From an uncultured Opitutales bacterium (GTDB lineage Bacteria; Verrucomicrobiota; Verrucomicrobiia; Opitutales; Intestinicryptomonadaceae), in assembly GCA_934660865.1 (NCBI GenBank), contig CAKUIA010000011.1, positions 30,001-62,000 on the forward strand: a DNA stretch of 32,000 nt, in the 5' to 3' direction. The notes below the pieces were generated by a model. The model was not told where the DNA came from. It saw only the letters and a list, made by a program, of their open reading frames with translations, and ran no database searches. Below, piece by piece: positions 7,555 to 15,067 of this stretch (the first letter of the stretch is position 1; each line of letters begins with the position of its first letter). The position numbers and the translations under genes are program-made.

Positions 7555-9037
7555 TTCCGATACTTTTCTTTAAAATCTTTTCCATTTCGGCGGCTTCATT
7601 TTCGCCGCCGTTAGACAGTTTCAAAATGTCGTCGTAAAGCTTTTGCATGGCGTCGGCATAATCGCCTGCGTCGGTAATTTTGCCGATTTCGTCGAGGCGT
7701 TTTATAAAAGGTGCAATATCTTTTCCTTTTGCCCTTGCAAGCTCGTCGAGCATTGCGTCGATTTCCGCTTCGGGTGACCGTGAATTTGCAAACGTAGGCA
7801 ACGACATTGGCGTTTGCGAAACTGCAGCAAGCTCTACAGTAGCCTCTCCATCTTCGGGTTCTCGTAGCTCTAAAGCCTCGTACACGTCGCGTTTTGACAC
7901 TTTGCAACCTAGCTCTGCAGCTCCCTTGTAAACGGCAAGCTGATTGAGTTTGTCTTTGCGGTTTTTGCGGGTAAGTTGCAAATATGCTGCAGGCTTTACC
8001 CCTTTGCCGAAACGCCACTGGAGTGCTGGCAGGCTTAGGTAATGTGCGATTGTTTCCTCTACAAGGGCGCAGTCGGCGTCTTCCAAGATTTCGCTTTCTT
8101 CGGCTTGCAAGCTTGCCCCAGTGTTGTTTTCGGCCGAAAGCGTGGACAAATCCGAACCGCGCCATATTAGCGCAATGTATCTATCCATCGCCTCCGACAA
8201 AGTTTTAAAAGGTTCGCTTGTGCCGTTGGGCAGTTTTAGGTCGAATGTTTCGCCGCTGGCACAAACAATACCGCAACCATTCATCAACCCTGAAATAGCC
8301 TCTACGGCGGATTCAAATTCTGGCGTATTGCGTTGCGCGGTTGTGGCATACACGGGCGTAGGCATTCCAAAACGTTGCGAGCAAACAGCCCAGTCGCCCT
8401 GCGCAAAACGCTTTACAATGTAACAAACGGCAGTAGCCTCCATTAATGCCGAATCGGCGACAGAAACCATCCACCCGTTTTTCTCCAGCGCAACACCTTC
8501 GGTAGCATAGCTGGATTTTTTAAAGCGCAGCACGCCGTCTATATTTTCGAAAAACCATAGAGGCACATAGCGCACTTCGGCCGAGAGGTTCGGAGCCTTT
8601 TCTGTGTGCCAGATAATTTCCGAAACGGCATATTTGTTTTCTAAAGCCGACAATATATTCTCTATCAACATTGACATAGAGCCATGCTTATTGGCGTCGG
8701 CCGCGCTCGATACCGTAATATTGTTGTAGAAATCCTCTAAAAATGCCGATTGCTCCGCGCTTGCATTGCCGTCGTCGCCCATTTCTACTATTGTCCATTC
8801 AAGGCGAGATGTGGCGCGTTTGCGTTTCTGCACGCATGCTTGTACAATGGCGTCTCTGCGGCGAATGGCGTCGTAGATTTTTGCGGCCTCGCTTAAATAG
8901 CCGCAATGGAAATCGTCCATAGCCTTTGTTATGCGCTTTGGATCGAGGTTTTGCAAGGGGTTATACCTTAGCCTTGCTTCCTCTTTTATGCGGGCTATGC
9001 CTATATGTTTTGTTTCGGTAATGTTGCTGTCTACCAT
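7547..9037 (-). CDS. portal protein (Mu gp29 / DUF935-like)
   Basis: 496 aa. Overlaps the TerL stop by 7 nt and the protease start by 8 nt. Size and order (TerL, portal, protease) match Mu-type head modules. Confidence 0.8.
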   Translation of the reverse strand: MVDSNITETKHIGIARIKEEARLRYNPLQNLDPKRITKAMDDFHCGYLSEAAKIYDAIRRRDAIVQACVQKRKRATSRLEWTIVEMGDDGNASAEQSAFLEDFYNNITVSSAADANKHGSMSMLIENILSALENKYAVSEIIWHTEKAPNLSAEVRYVPLWFFENIDGVLRFKKSSYATEGVALEKNGWMVSVADSALMEATAVCYIVKRFAQGDWAVCSQRFGMPTPVYATTAQRNTPEFESAVEAISGLMNGCGIVCASGETFDLKLPNGTSEPFKTLSEAMDRYIALIWRGSDLSTLSAENNTGASLQAEESEILEDADCALVEETIAHYLSLPALQWRFGKGVKPAAYLQLTRKNRKDKLNQLAVYKGAAELGCKVSKRDVYEALELREPEDGEATVELAAVSQTPMSLPTFANSRSPEAEIDAMLDELARAKGKDIAPFIKRLDEIGKITDAGDYADAMQKLYDDILKLSNGGENEAAEMEKILKKSIGNE

Positions 9038-10443
9038 ACAAATCTCCTAGATTGTTCTACTCTTACGGATTCTGCGAAAGACGGCGTTTGCGTGCCCGCA
9101 GCTTCCACTCCAAGCGCCATTGCCCAAAAGCGGTCGCAGTGGCCGTTTGCATTGCGAGCGGCATCGAAGCGAATTGAACCCGAAGCACCTACCGTCTTTT
9201 TAACACCGCGCAAATCCGCGCGTATTGTGTCGGTATCGGGTATGCGAATTGTGCTATCTTCGAATTCTGCGCGTAAAGGGTATGCCATTTTTTCTTTGCT
9301 CGATGCGGTAAATTGAATGCCCTCAACGCGGTATTTGCCGAATTTTTCGGCGGCGCGTTCGGCGAATTGTCGCCCAAGCCCAGTTTGGTCTATGCAACAC
9401 CTTCGCATTTTAGGTAAAGCCAGATACGGATATAAAACAGCCTCTTGTTCCGCAAACGTCATATTTTTAAGCGTTTCCACGCGTCGCGTAAAAAGCATGC
9501 CGCCGAGTTTTTCAAACACCCAAATTACGGTTAAGTCGTTATCGCGGCCTACGTCTACGCCAATATACAAATCTCCAGCGCAATTTTCTATGTCCGTTTC
9601 CCAAACTTCGCCGATTCTGTAAAAGCACCCCTCCGATACGTCGGGCGAAATAAACATACTCGTATCGTCGCAGGGTACGCACATATATTCCTGCAAAAAG
9701 CTTTCTCTGTCGGCGCACTTGCTTTTTACGTCGGCAAAGTATTCGGCTTCGTCCATATCCTGCCGAGGATCGTTGTCGGACAAGTTTTGCTGGAGCTTGA
9801 AAAGAAACCCGTCGTTTAAGGCGTCTTCCAGCGTAACTCTATGTAGCGAAATCTTTTTGGGATTGCCGCCGAACTTAGCCTCCATAACAAGTTTGTTAAA
9901 AAAATTGTCGGCTCCCCTGTGGGTTGAAATTATCGCCATTTGCCCGCCCCAGGTTATACCAGGGTATGCAATGGCGTAGAGCTTTACTGGATCGGGGTGC
10001 AGGGCAAATTCGTCTAAAACACGGGTGCCGCGCTTGCCTGCCTGTGCGTCGGCGTTTGAACTCATCGAATGTATAGCAACGCCGTTGTAAAATTTTAGGT
10101 CGAAAGAGGTATAAGGCTTGCCACCTATGTCGGTGTAAATATTTTGCCCGGCAACGGCCTCGACCATTTTTTTGTAGCCGTCTGCAAAGCTCTTGCAATC
10201 CTGCAAAAATAGGCGAGCTTGCATTTCGTCGCGCGAACTTACCCAAAAATCGTATTTTGCGTCCGAACGTATTGCTTGCGCTACAAGGTCGTTTGAAGTT
10301 GCCCATGAAAAGCCTACCTGTCGGGATTTTTCTACAAGCTTTATGCGCGAACGGTCTTCGCACCAACGCACCTGATACGGCAAAAACGCCGCTTTAGGGT
10401 TTTTCGGTACGCATTTCGCCTTTACTGTCTTTAAGCCGTCCAT
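9031..10443 (-). CDS. terminase large subunit (Mu gp28-type)
   Basis: 470 aa. N-terminal ATPase with the deviant Walker A region KSRQVGFSW and Walker B RVLDEFA. The C-terminal nuclease-like half carries acidic motifs (IGVDVGRDNDLT). Confidence 0.9.
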   Translation of the reverse strand: MDGLKTVKAKCVPKNPKAAFLPYQVRWCEDRSRIKLVEKSRQVGFSWATSNDLVAQAIRSDAKYDFWVSSRDEMQARLFLQDCKSFADGYKKMVEAVAGQNIYTDIGGKPYTSFDLKFYNGVAIHSMSSNADAQAGKRGTRVLDEFALHPDPVKLYAIAYPGITWGGQMAIISTHRGADNFFNKLVMEAKFGGNPKKISLHRVTLEDALNDGFLFKLQQNLSDNDPRQDMDEAEYFADVKSKCADRESFLQEYMCVPCDDTSMFISPDVSEGCFYRIGEVWETDIENCAGDLYIGVDVGRDNDLTVIWVFEKLGGMLFTRRVETLKNMTFAEQEAVLYPYLALPKMRRCCIDQTGLGRQFAERAAEKFGKYRVEGIQFTASSKEKMAYPLRAEFEDSTIRIPDTDTIRADLRGVKKTVGASGSIRFDAARNANGHCDRFWAMALGVEAAGTQTPSFAESVRVEQSRRFVW

Positions 10444-10445
10444 TC

Positions 10446-11078
10446 CTATTTTAAGCCCATTTCTCGCTGTATCTCGTCCAAAAATTCGGGGGTTATATTT
10501 TTACCTTGTGATTTTTTTGCCAAGGCCAACAATGCCGCCTCGCGTTCGGCAACTTTGCGCTTAATTTCTGCGATTTCACTTTTCAAAATTTCAACTTGCG
10601 CTTTCGATTTTTCGAGTTGTGCAGCAAGCCTGCGGTCTTCTATTACTTGACGTGATAACTGGTTAGCCGCCGAAATCCACCCGCGTAAATTCGGATCGGT
10701 ATCTTTGTCTCCGTTTTCGAGTTTTTCAATTTGGCTGTAAACATAGCCGTTTAACAGTCGCGCAGAGGCATCTGGAATGTTTGCGTTTTGCTTGATTACA
10801 GTTTGCGCACGTTCTGCGATACATTTGCGTTGCCGTTGCAAACGTTCAAATGTCCATGCTGCATTTTTCCAATTCAAGGCGGAGGTAACGCTAGGCGGCG
10901 TTTTTGTAGGGAATAAGTGTTTTATAGCATCTATAATTTCCTCGCCTGTCGGGCTATCGGAACGCTCAAACAAATATTCCACAAGCCTGTTTCGCTCTTT
11001 CCACGATAACTTGCGGTCTATCCACGTCTTGGAAAATGTCGCAAATTTTTCCATTTTATCTATCCAAAAAATCGACAC
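10446..11078 (-). CDS. terminase small subunit (Mu gp27 / DUF3486-like)
   Basis: 210 aa from a GTG start; an ATG at 11054 (MEKFATF) is an equally plausible start. Has an N-terminal HTH-like region and a C-terminal coiled coil (QLEKSKAQVEILKSEIAEIKRKVAEREAALLAL). Lies immediately upstream of TerL. Confidence 0.7.
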   Translation of the reverse strand: MSIFWIDKMEKFATFSKTWIDRKLSWKERNRLVEYLFERSDSPTGEEIIDAIKHLFPTKTPPSVTSALNWKNAAWTFERLQRQRKCIAERAQTVIKQNANIPDASARLLNGYVYSQIEKLENGDKDTDPNLRGWISAANQLSRQVIEDRRLAAQLEKSKAQVEILKSEIAEIKRKVAEREAALLALAKKSQGKNITPEFLDEIQREMGLK

Positions 11079-11313
11079 CTTTCTCTGTTATACGCCAAAT
11101 GCGTACAACGTCAGACCAATCGGCACGGCTTTCTTCAACAAAGCCTTTTCTCGTAAGCCAACCTAGAGCATCTTCCACTTCAATGTTTGGTATATTGCCG
11201 AAACCGCCTGCATTTACGCCAATTCGGAGACTGTCGAACGGCAATCCCGTGCGTACAACCTCTAATTGTCTCAATAAATTTTCTCTAAGTATCTGTTTTT
11301 GAGTTTGAGTCAT
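11056..11313 (-). CDS. small winged-helix DNA-binding protein
   Basis: I prefer the ATG at 11313, which forms an ATGA overlap with the upstream stop and has GGGAGA 8 nt upstream, over the TTG at 11328 in the track. LGWLTRKGFVEE...WRITEKGVDFL looks like a MarR/PadR-type recognition helix plus wing. Confidence 0.6.
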   Translation of the reverse strand: MTQTQKQILRENLLRQLEVVRTGLPFDSLRIGVNAGGFGNIPNIEVEDALGWLTRKGFVEESRADWSDVVRIWRITEKGVDFLDR

Positions 11314-11726
11314 TTTATTTTCTCCCAAATCCTATCTATTTTTTGCTCCATTGAACAGAGGCGTTGCGTCTGAATTTCGTCGGTCGCCTTTAAAGCGGCT
11401 ATGTTTTCAGACTGACTTTTTATCATAGAATACATTTCTTTACGCGAATTTGCTGAGTGTCCGCTCATTGCCGTCATGCGCTCGCTAAATTCGCGTTCCA
11501 AACGGTCATGCTGGACGAGGTTTGCATTGCAACGTTTTTCGCATTCATCGGCGTGTCGATATTTTTCCGAGTCGGAAGGCGATTTCCAAATCCAGCTACG
11601 AATCATAGTTGCAAGCGTTACAAACGCCGTTAGAATTATCAAAAGCTGGGTAAGAAAATTGCCATCAACATTTTCAAAACCTGCTGCAGATGCCAAAAAT
11701 GCTAAGTTGAAAACATGCTGCTTCAT
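11310..11726 (-). CDS. membrane-anchored coiled-coil protein, i-spanin-like
   Basis: 138 aa. Hydrophobic segment FLTQLLIILTAFVTLATMI followed by a long helical, charged region. ATGA overlap with the upstream lipoprotein gene. Confidence 0.55.
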   Translation of the reverse strand: MKQHVFNLAFLASAAGFENVDGNFLTQLLIILTAFVTLATMIRSWIWKSPSDSEKYRHADECEKRCNANLVQHDRLEREFSERMTAMSGHSANSRKEMYSMIKSQSENIAALKATDEIQTQRLCSMEQKIDRIWEKIK

Positions 11727-11959
11727 TGTCTTTCCAGTTCCAATTCTAGGTTGTTAATTGTCGTTAAGGCGTCTTCTACCCAGTAGCGTGCGTGTATTGC
11801 GGCATCGTTAAAGTCTTCGCGTTGCATAAGTCTTTCTGCATTGTTATAGCGCAAGTGCGATTGACAGCCTCCAAGCGTTAATACCACCAAAACAGCGGCA
11901 GTAAGTATTGCACAAAAGGCATGCAATGGTTCAGTTGTCATTTTTTGAAACCTTATCAA
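11723..11959 (-). CDS. small lipoprotein, o-spanin-like
   Basis: 78 aa from a TTG start (alternative ATG at 11941). Signal peptide ending in the lipobox LTLGGC. Confidence 0.55.
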   Translation of the reverse strand: MIRFQKMTTEPLHAFCAILTAAVLVVLTLGGCQSHLRYNNAERLMQREDFNDAAIHARYWVEDALTTINNLELELERQ

Positions 11960-12116
11960 GTGCTTGCTTTACGGCATTATTCTTGGATTTCCAGCGTTCT
12001 ACTGCTTCGGCGACATTTGCCGATTGCGATGCCTCAAGGGCTATCCCGACTAGTTCGCGTAAACTTGGGATTGCCATAAATAAGGCCGCCAAAAGGTTTA
12101 TTATCGCCGAAACCAT
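11931..12116 (-). CDS. small membrane protein (holin/antiholin-like)
   Basis: 61 aa. N-terminal hydrophobic helix MVSAIINLLAALFMAIPSL followed by a charged tail. Located in the lysis-like cluster. Confidence 0.45.
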   Translation of the reverse strand: MVSAIINLLAALFMAIPSLRELVGIALEASQSANVAEAVERWKSKNNAVKQALDKVSKNDN

Positions 12117-12124
12117 ACTATTTA

Positions 12125-12358
12125 CTACTTACCGAACCTTACACTTACCCAGCTTAAGAGCTTATACCACCAAGACTCTTTGCTATTCGGGAAAAACGAC
12201 AATATCGCGTTTATAACCGCAATTAAAGCGGCTATAACATAGCCCCAACTGCCGCCGTCCGATACGGTTTCGCCAGTGCCTGTTGCGGCTTCCTGCGCAA
12301 AGGCAATTCCGCAAAACGTGAAGATTGCAATCAATATAATCGATAGGTACTTTTTCAT
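12125..12358 (-). CDS. small two-TM membrane protein, holin-like
   Basis: I prefer the ATG at 12358 (MKKYLSIILIAIFTFCGIAFAQ), which lies 4 nt after the upstream stop, over 12409 in the track. A second hydrophobic helix is WGYVIAALIAVINAILSFF. Confidence 0.55.
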   Translation of the reverse strand: MKKYLSIILIAIFTFCGIAFAQEAATGTGETVSDGGSWGYVIAALIAVINAILSFFPNSKESWWYKLLSWVSVRFGK

Positions 12359-12362
12359 GGTT

Positions 12363-13064
12363 TTATTTCTTTCCTTTGGTTTTTGGTGAAATGCTTTTTG
12401 TGGACACAATACACGAAGTTCTGCCGTTTTTGGTCTTTATGCGCTGGGCTACTGCTTGTTTTTCAAGCCCCGAAGTTAATGCTGTTAGCCTTTCTGCTAC
12501 GTCTGCCATAAGCGCAGACATTGCGGAAAATTCGTTGTACAAAGGCTCAAATTCGGCCGAAAATACTTTGCCGATTTCGTCGGCAATCTTTGCCGCGATG
12601 GTGTCGGAGCGGGATAACCCCGACTCCGACGGGGCGACACAAACAGATTCGCCCGTGTGGCTAGTAGGCAAAGTTTGACGCCCCACAACTGGGGCGGACG
12701 CTTTTTGTTTTGCACCGCTTGTCATCGCGGATTTTGCAAGGACGCCGTCTGCGTCAGCTGCGCCCCGTCTTTCAACAACAGAATATGATTGAAATTCATT
12801 GCGAATGCTTTTCAGCAACTCTTCATTCGCCAAAAAGGTTTGTCCGCCAACGGTAAATTCGCATGCGCCGTTTACAATGGCGGCATTAAGTTCCTCAACC
12901 AAGTTGGCGAGCTTATAAACGGAAATCGAACAAGTTTTCGGCGAATAGCCAAACACCCAAACTTTAAACGAAACATAGTCGGGGTTAATACGGCTTACAT
13001 TAAAAGCGTAGGCCTCGCCGAGATTGGCGGTTTTTAATTGACTGTTTACAGAGCCGTGTTTCAT
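12363..13064 (-). CDS. hypothetical protein, first gene of the late operon
   Basis: 233 aa. AGGAG Shine-Dalgarno 7 nt upstream of the ATG. No recognisable motif. Lys-rich C-terminus (KSISPKTKGKK). Confidence 0.65.
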   Translation of the reverse strand: MKHGSVNSQLKTANLGEAYAFNVSRINPDYVSFKVWVFGYSPKTCSISVYKLANLVEELNAAIVNGACEFTVGGQTFLANEELLKSIRNEFQSYSVVERRGAADADGVLAKSAMTSGAKQKASAPVVGRQTLPTSHTGESVCVAPSESGLSRSDTIAAKIADEIGKVFSAEFEPLYNEFSAMSALMADVAERLTALTSGLEKQAVAQRIKTKNGRTSCIVSTKSISPKTKGKK

Positions 13065-13163
13065 AACGGCTCCTACAATATCATAAGCCCAAAACTAAGT
13101 CAAAACGCGGGCTTACAGCGTTAACGTCCATTACTAAAAAAGTTTTTATTTTTGTGTGTTTAG

Positions 13164-13199
13164 AAAAAAAGGGGCTATCTATATCGAAATGATAGCCCC
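13164..13199 (-). terminator. rho-independent terminator closing the repressor / 109-aa ORF unit
   Basis: Perfect 9-bp stem GGGGCTATC / GATAGCCCC (13171-13179 and 13191-13199) with an 11-nt loop. On the minus strand it is followed directly by TTTTTTT (plus-strand A-run 13164-13170). Confidence 0.8.
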
Positions 13200-13217
13200 C
13201 GAGAAGAGTTTTTTTAT

Positions 13218-13547
13218 TTAATCAAAAAACTCAACTTCAGCAAATCCTTCACAAGCAAATCCATCATACGGGTTCATATTTATATCATATACGTTTGAAA
13301 CCATATACTTTTTCACTTGAAACAGACCTAATGGTAACGAAGATGCCAATTCTTTGGATGGAACTTCACCGCTATCCCCATTCCGAAACAATAGCCATTT
13401 TATTAGGTATTTATTGCCTACCTTTTTTGAGCCTGTGATATCTACTTTTATATACACTTTACATACACCCCCTTTCTCTATACATCGTGTACTGGGTGTA
13501 ACACGGATTATAGAGAAATGTAAAGATTTTATTTTAGAATTTTCCAA
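13218..13547 (-). CDS. hypothetical beta-rich 109-aa protein (accessory 'moron' candidate)
   Basis: 109 stop-free codons in a visibly AT-rich stretch, followed 19 nt later by a strong terminator. The only available start is TTG at 13547 and no Shine-Dalgarno is seen, which lowers confidence. Confidence 0.5.
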   Translation of the reverse strand: MENSKIKSLHFSIIRVTPSTRCIEKGGVCKVYIKVDITGSKKVGNKYLIKWLLFRNGDSGEVPSKELASSLPLGLFQVKKYMVSNVYDINMNPYDGFACEGFAEVEFFD

Positions 13548-13576
13548 TCGTTGGAAATTTCAAGTGTTGATTATTA
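13540..13576. repeat. 37-bp direct repeat, copy A, containing the inverted repeat TTCCAA-N3-TTGGAA
   Basis: TTTTCCAATCGTTGGAAATTTCAAGTGTTGATTATTA. 32 of 37 positions match copy B. Overlaps the TTG start of the 109-aa ORF. A perfect minus-strand TATAAT lies at 13578-13573. Confidence 0.85.
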
Positions 13577-13693
13577 TATAGTTGCGTGTTTATGCGTTAA
13601 AGTTTTAACAGGCCATTTAAATTTTTTTATAAAAACTTGTAGCCCAGCTTTCATAGCATTTATTTTCTTTTCCTGTTTTAGTGCAGATACCAC

Positions 13694-13730
13694 TTTTCCA
13701 ATCGTTGGAATTTTCGGATATTGATTATTA
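13694..13730. repeat. 37-bp direct repeat, copy B
   Basis: TTTTCCAATCGTTGGAATTTTCGGATATTGATTATTA, 154 bp from copy A. The first 17 nt are identical to copy A. Confidence 0.85.
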
Positions 13731-13819
13731 GCAAATTACAAAATTTAGTGTTAATATTTTTCGGAAGCGCATATTGTTCTCTTATGGCATAAAAACATCG
13801 TTGCACGCTACATTTTAAA

Positions 13820-14194
13820 TTAAAAATTTTTATTGTTTAGAATCTTTTCTATATTTGTAAGTCTCTTATCAAACATTGTCGCAAATTCGGAAAACGACTC
13901 CGTTATTTCATTTCTTAGTTGAACAAGTTTTTCGAAGTCATCTCTGACTTTGTCTACAGGCTTATTCACTGGAACAAGCTGAGTATCAGTATTAAAATCG
14001 TCATTAAGCAAATATTCATCACTTACGCCCAATATTGCTGCTATACGTTTTATTTTAGATATGCTAGGGACGACTTTTCCCGTCATCCAGTTACTTACAG
14101 TTTTCTGTCCAACACCGAGTCGTTCCGCTGCTCGTGTTTGGTTTAATCCGTTTTCGTAACATAAATTTTGGAATTTTTCTGCGAATTTAGCCAT
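13820..14194 (-). CDS. c-type immunity repressor, XRE-family HTH
   Basis: 124 aa. HTH segment LNQTRAAERLGVGQKTVSNWMTGK and a helical C-terminal half. No S24 peptidase domain. Divergent from the early operon, as Mu c is. Confidence 0.8.
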   Translation of the reverse strand: MAKFAEKFQNLCYENGLNQTRAAERLGVGQKTVSNWMTGKVVPSISKIKRIAAILGVSDEYLLNDDFNTDTQLVPVNKPVDKVRDDFEKLVQLRNEITESFSEFATMFDKRLTNIEKILNNKNF

Positions 14195-14260
14195 AATAGT
14201 AAAAATATTACTAAAATATTGTTGACAATTTAGTATTTTTAGTAATTTTATGACTACATA
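14195..14260. promoter_or_regulatory. divergent promoter/operator region between the repressor and the early operon
   Basis: TAGTAA-N5-TTACTA inverted repeat (14197-14213). TTAGTA (14230-14235) and TTAGTAA (14239-14245) form direct half-sites. A consensus -35 TTGACA (14222-14227) faces the early genes. Confidence 0.65.
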
Positions 14261-14503
14261 ATGAACGCAACCGAAATAAAACGCAACATAAAACGTGGTA
14301 GACCTAAAGGTGCTACTGTAAAATTTCCAGGGGTTGTAGAAGATGCAAAAATACTTGGGGTAAACAGAATTACCCTTTATCGCACGCTTATAGGTGCCCC
14401 TGGGTTTAGCGGATTGAAAACGCTTCGTCGTCGTTACGACGAGCTGCTTAAGCGAAAACCACGCGAATTACGCGACTATATCAATGCAAATAAGGCGTGG
14501 TAA
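14261..14503 (+). CDS. Ner/Cro-like HTH DNA-binding protein
   Basis: 80 aa. HTH segment EDAKILGVNRITLYRTLIG. First gene of the early operon. Confidence 0.7.
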   Translation: MNATEIKRNIKRGRPKGATVKFPGVVEDAKILGVNRITLYRTLIGAPGFSGLKTLRRRYDELLKRKPRELRDYINANKAW

Positions 14504-14715
14504 TGGAAACTTTTTTTAAAAGCAAAATTCTGTCCAACAAAATTTCATATCGGCAATGTGCATTAGCAATGGGCATTCCTTCTGGCGCTCCACAATACAT
14601 TTCTGCCGTTGCTAACGGCAAACGTAATCCAAGTCGCAAATGGCGTATGAAATTTTTGCAGGCTATGCAAAAAATCGAGTTAGGAGAAATTAAATTCCCT
14701 AAAAAACGCCTCTAA
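14503..14715 (+). CDS. second Ner-like HTH protein
   Basis: I prefer the ATG at 14503, which overlaps the upstream TAA (TAATG), over the GTG at 14497. HTH segment ISYRQCALAMGIPSGAPQYISAVANGKRNPS. Confidence 0.65.
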   Translation: METFFKSKILSNKISYRQCALAMGIPSGAPQYISAVANGKRNPSRKWRMKFLQAMQKIELGEIKFPKKRL

Positions 14716-14740
14716 AAACACCAAAAAATCAATCAAAAGT

Positions 14741-15067
14741 ATGCCCACAAACATACAGCAACTTACATTCTTCCATAGCCTTGATTTTCCAGGGCGCACC
14801 GTGCTGTATGTCAACGAAATTGGCAATAAACTGGGTATTTCTCGCCAACAGGTCGTAAACCTTATGGATTGTGGTGAATTGGGCTACATTAACGTGGCAA
14901 CCGATCCTACAACAAGACCTTGCCGCAGGATACCCATAGAAAGCTACCGCAATTTTATAGTGCGACGTCTCGATTCGGACGAAAGATTGCAATTTTTGAG
15001 AGATTTACCCGTTTCAACCCGTCTTGAACTAATTTCCGAACTACAAAAATCACTGAAAAGAAAATGA
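14741..15067 (+). CDS. excisionase/MerR-type (HTH_17-like) DNA-binding protein
   Basis: 108 aa. LYVNEIGNKLGISRQQVVNLMDCGELGYINV...RRIPIESYRNFI matches the Xis/AlpA-type pattern. Confidence 0.6.
   Translation: MPTNIQQLTFFHSLDFPGRTVLYVNEIGNKLGISRQQVVNLMDCGELGYINVATDPTTRPCRRIPIESYRNFIVRRLDSDERLQFLRDLPVSTRLELISELQKSLKRK

Noticed and set aside
7611-8165. 184-aa Arg-rich minus-strand ORF in an alternative frame of the portal gene (likewise 9896-10366 within the terminase gene)
   Set aside because: These are out-of-frame overlaps of conserved structural genes. The extreme Arg/Cys content is typical of off-frame translation, and there is no independent start context.
13075-13103. Sigma-70-like promoter TTGACT-17-TATTGT on the minus strand just upstream of the late operon
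   Set aside because: Transcription from it would start at or after the AGGAG Shine-Dalgarno of the first late gene, about 4 nt before the ATG, which makes it an unlikely late promoter. Mu-type late promoters are also activator-dependent. I keep it only as a note.
13574-13654. 26-codon minus-strand micro-ORF (MKAGLQVFIKKFKWPVKTLTHKHATI) between the two 37-bp repeats
   Set aside because: It is too short to separate from chance in AT-rich DNA, the Shine-Dalgarno is weak, and nothing supports translation.
13540-13730. Possibility that the 37-bp repeats are a minimal CRISPR array
   Set aside because: There are only two copies, they are imperfect (5 mismatches), the spacer is 117 bp, and no cas genes are present. 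Their position between the repressor and an ORF start fits regulatory sites better.
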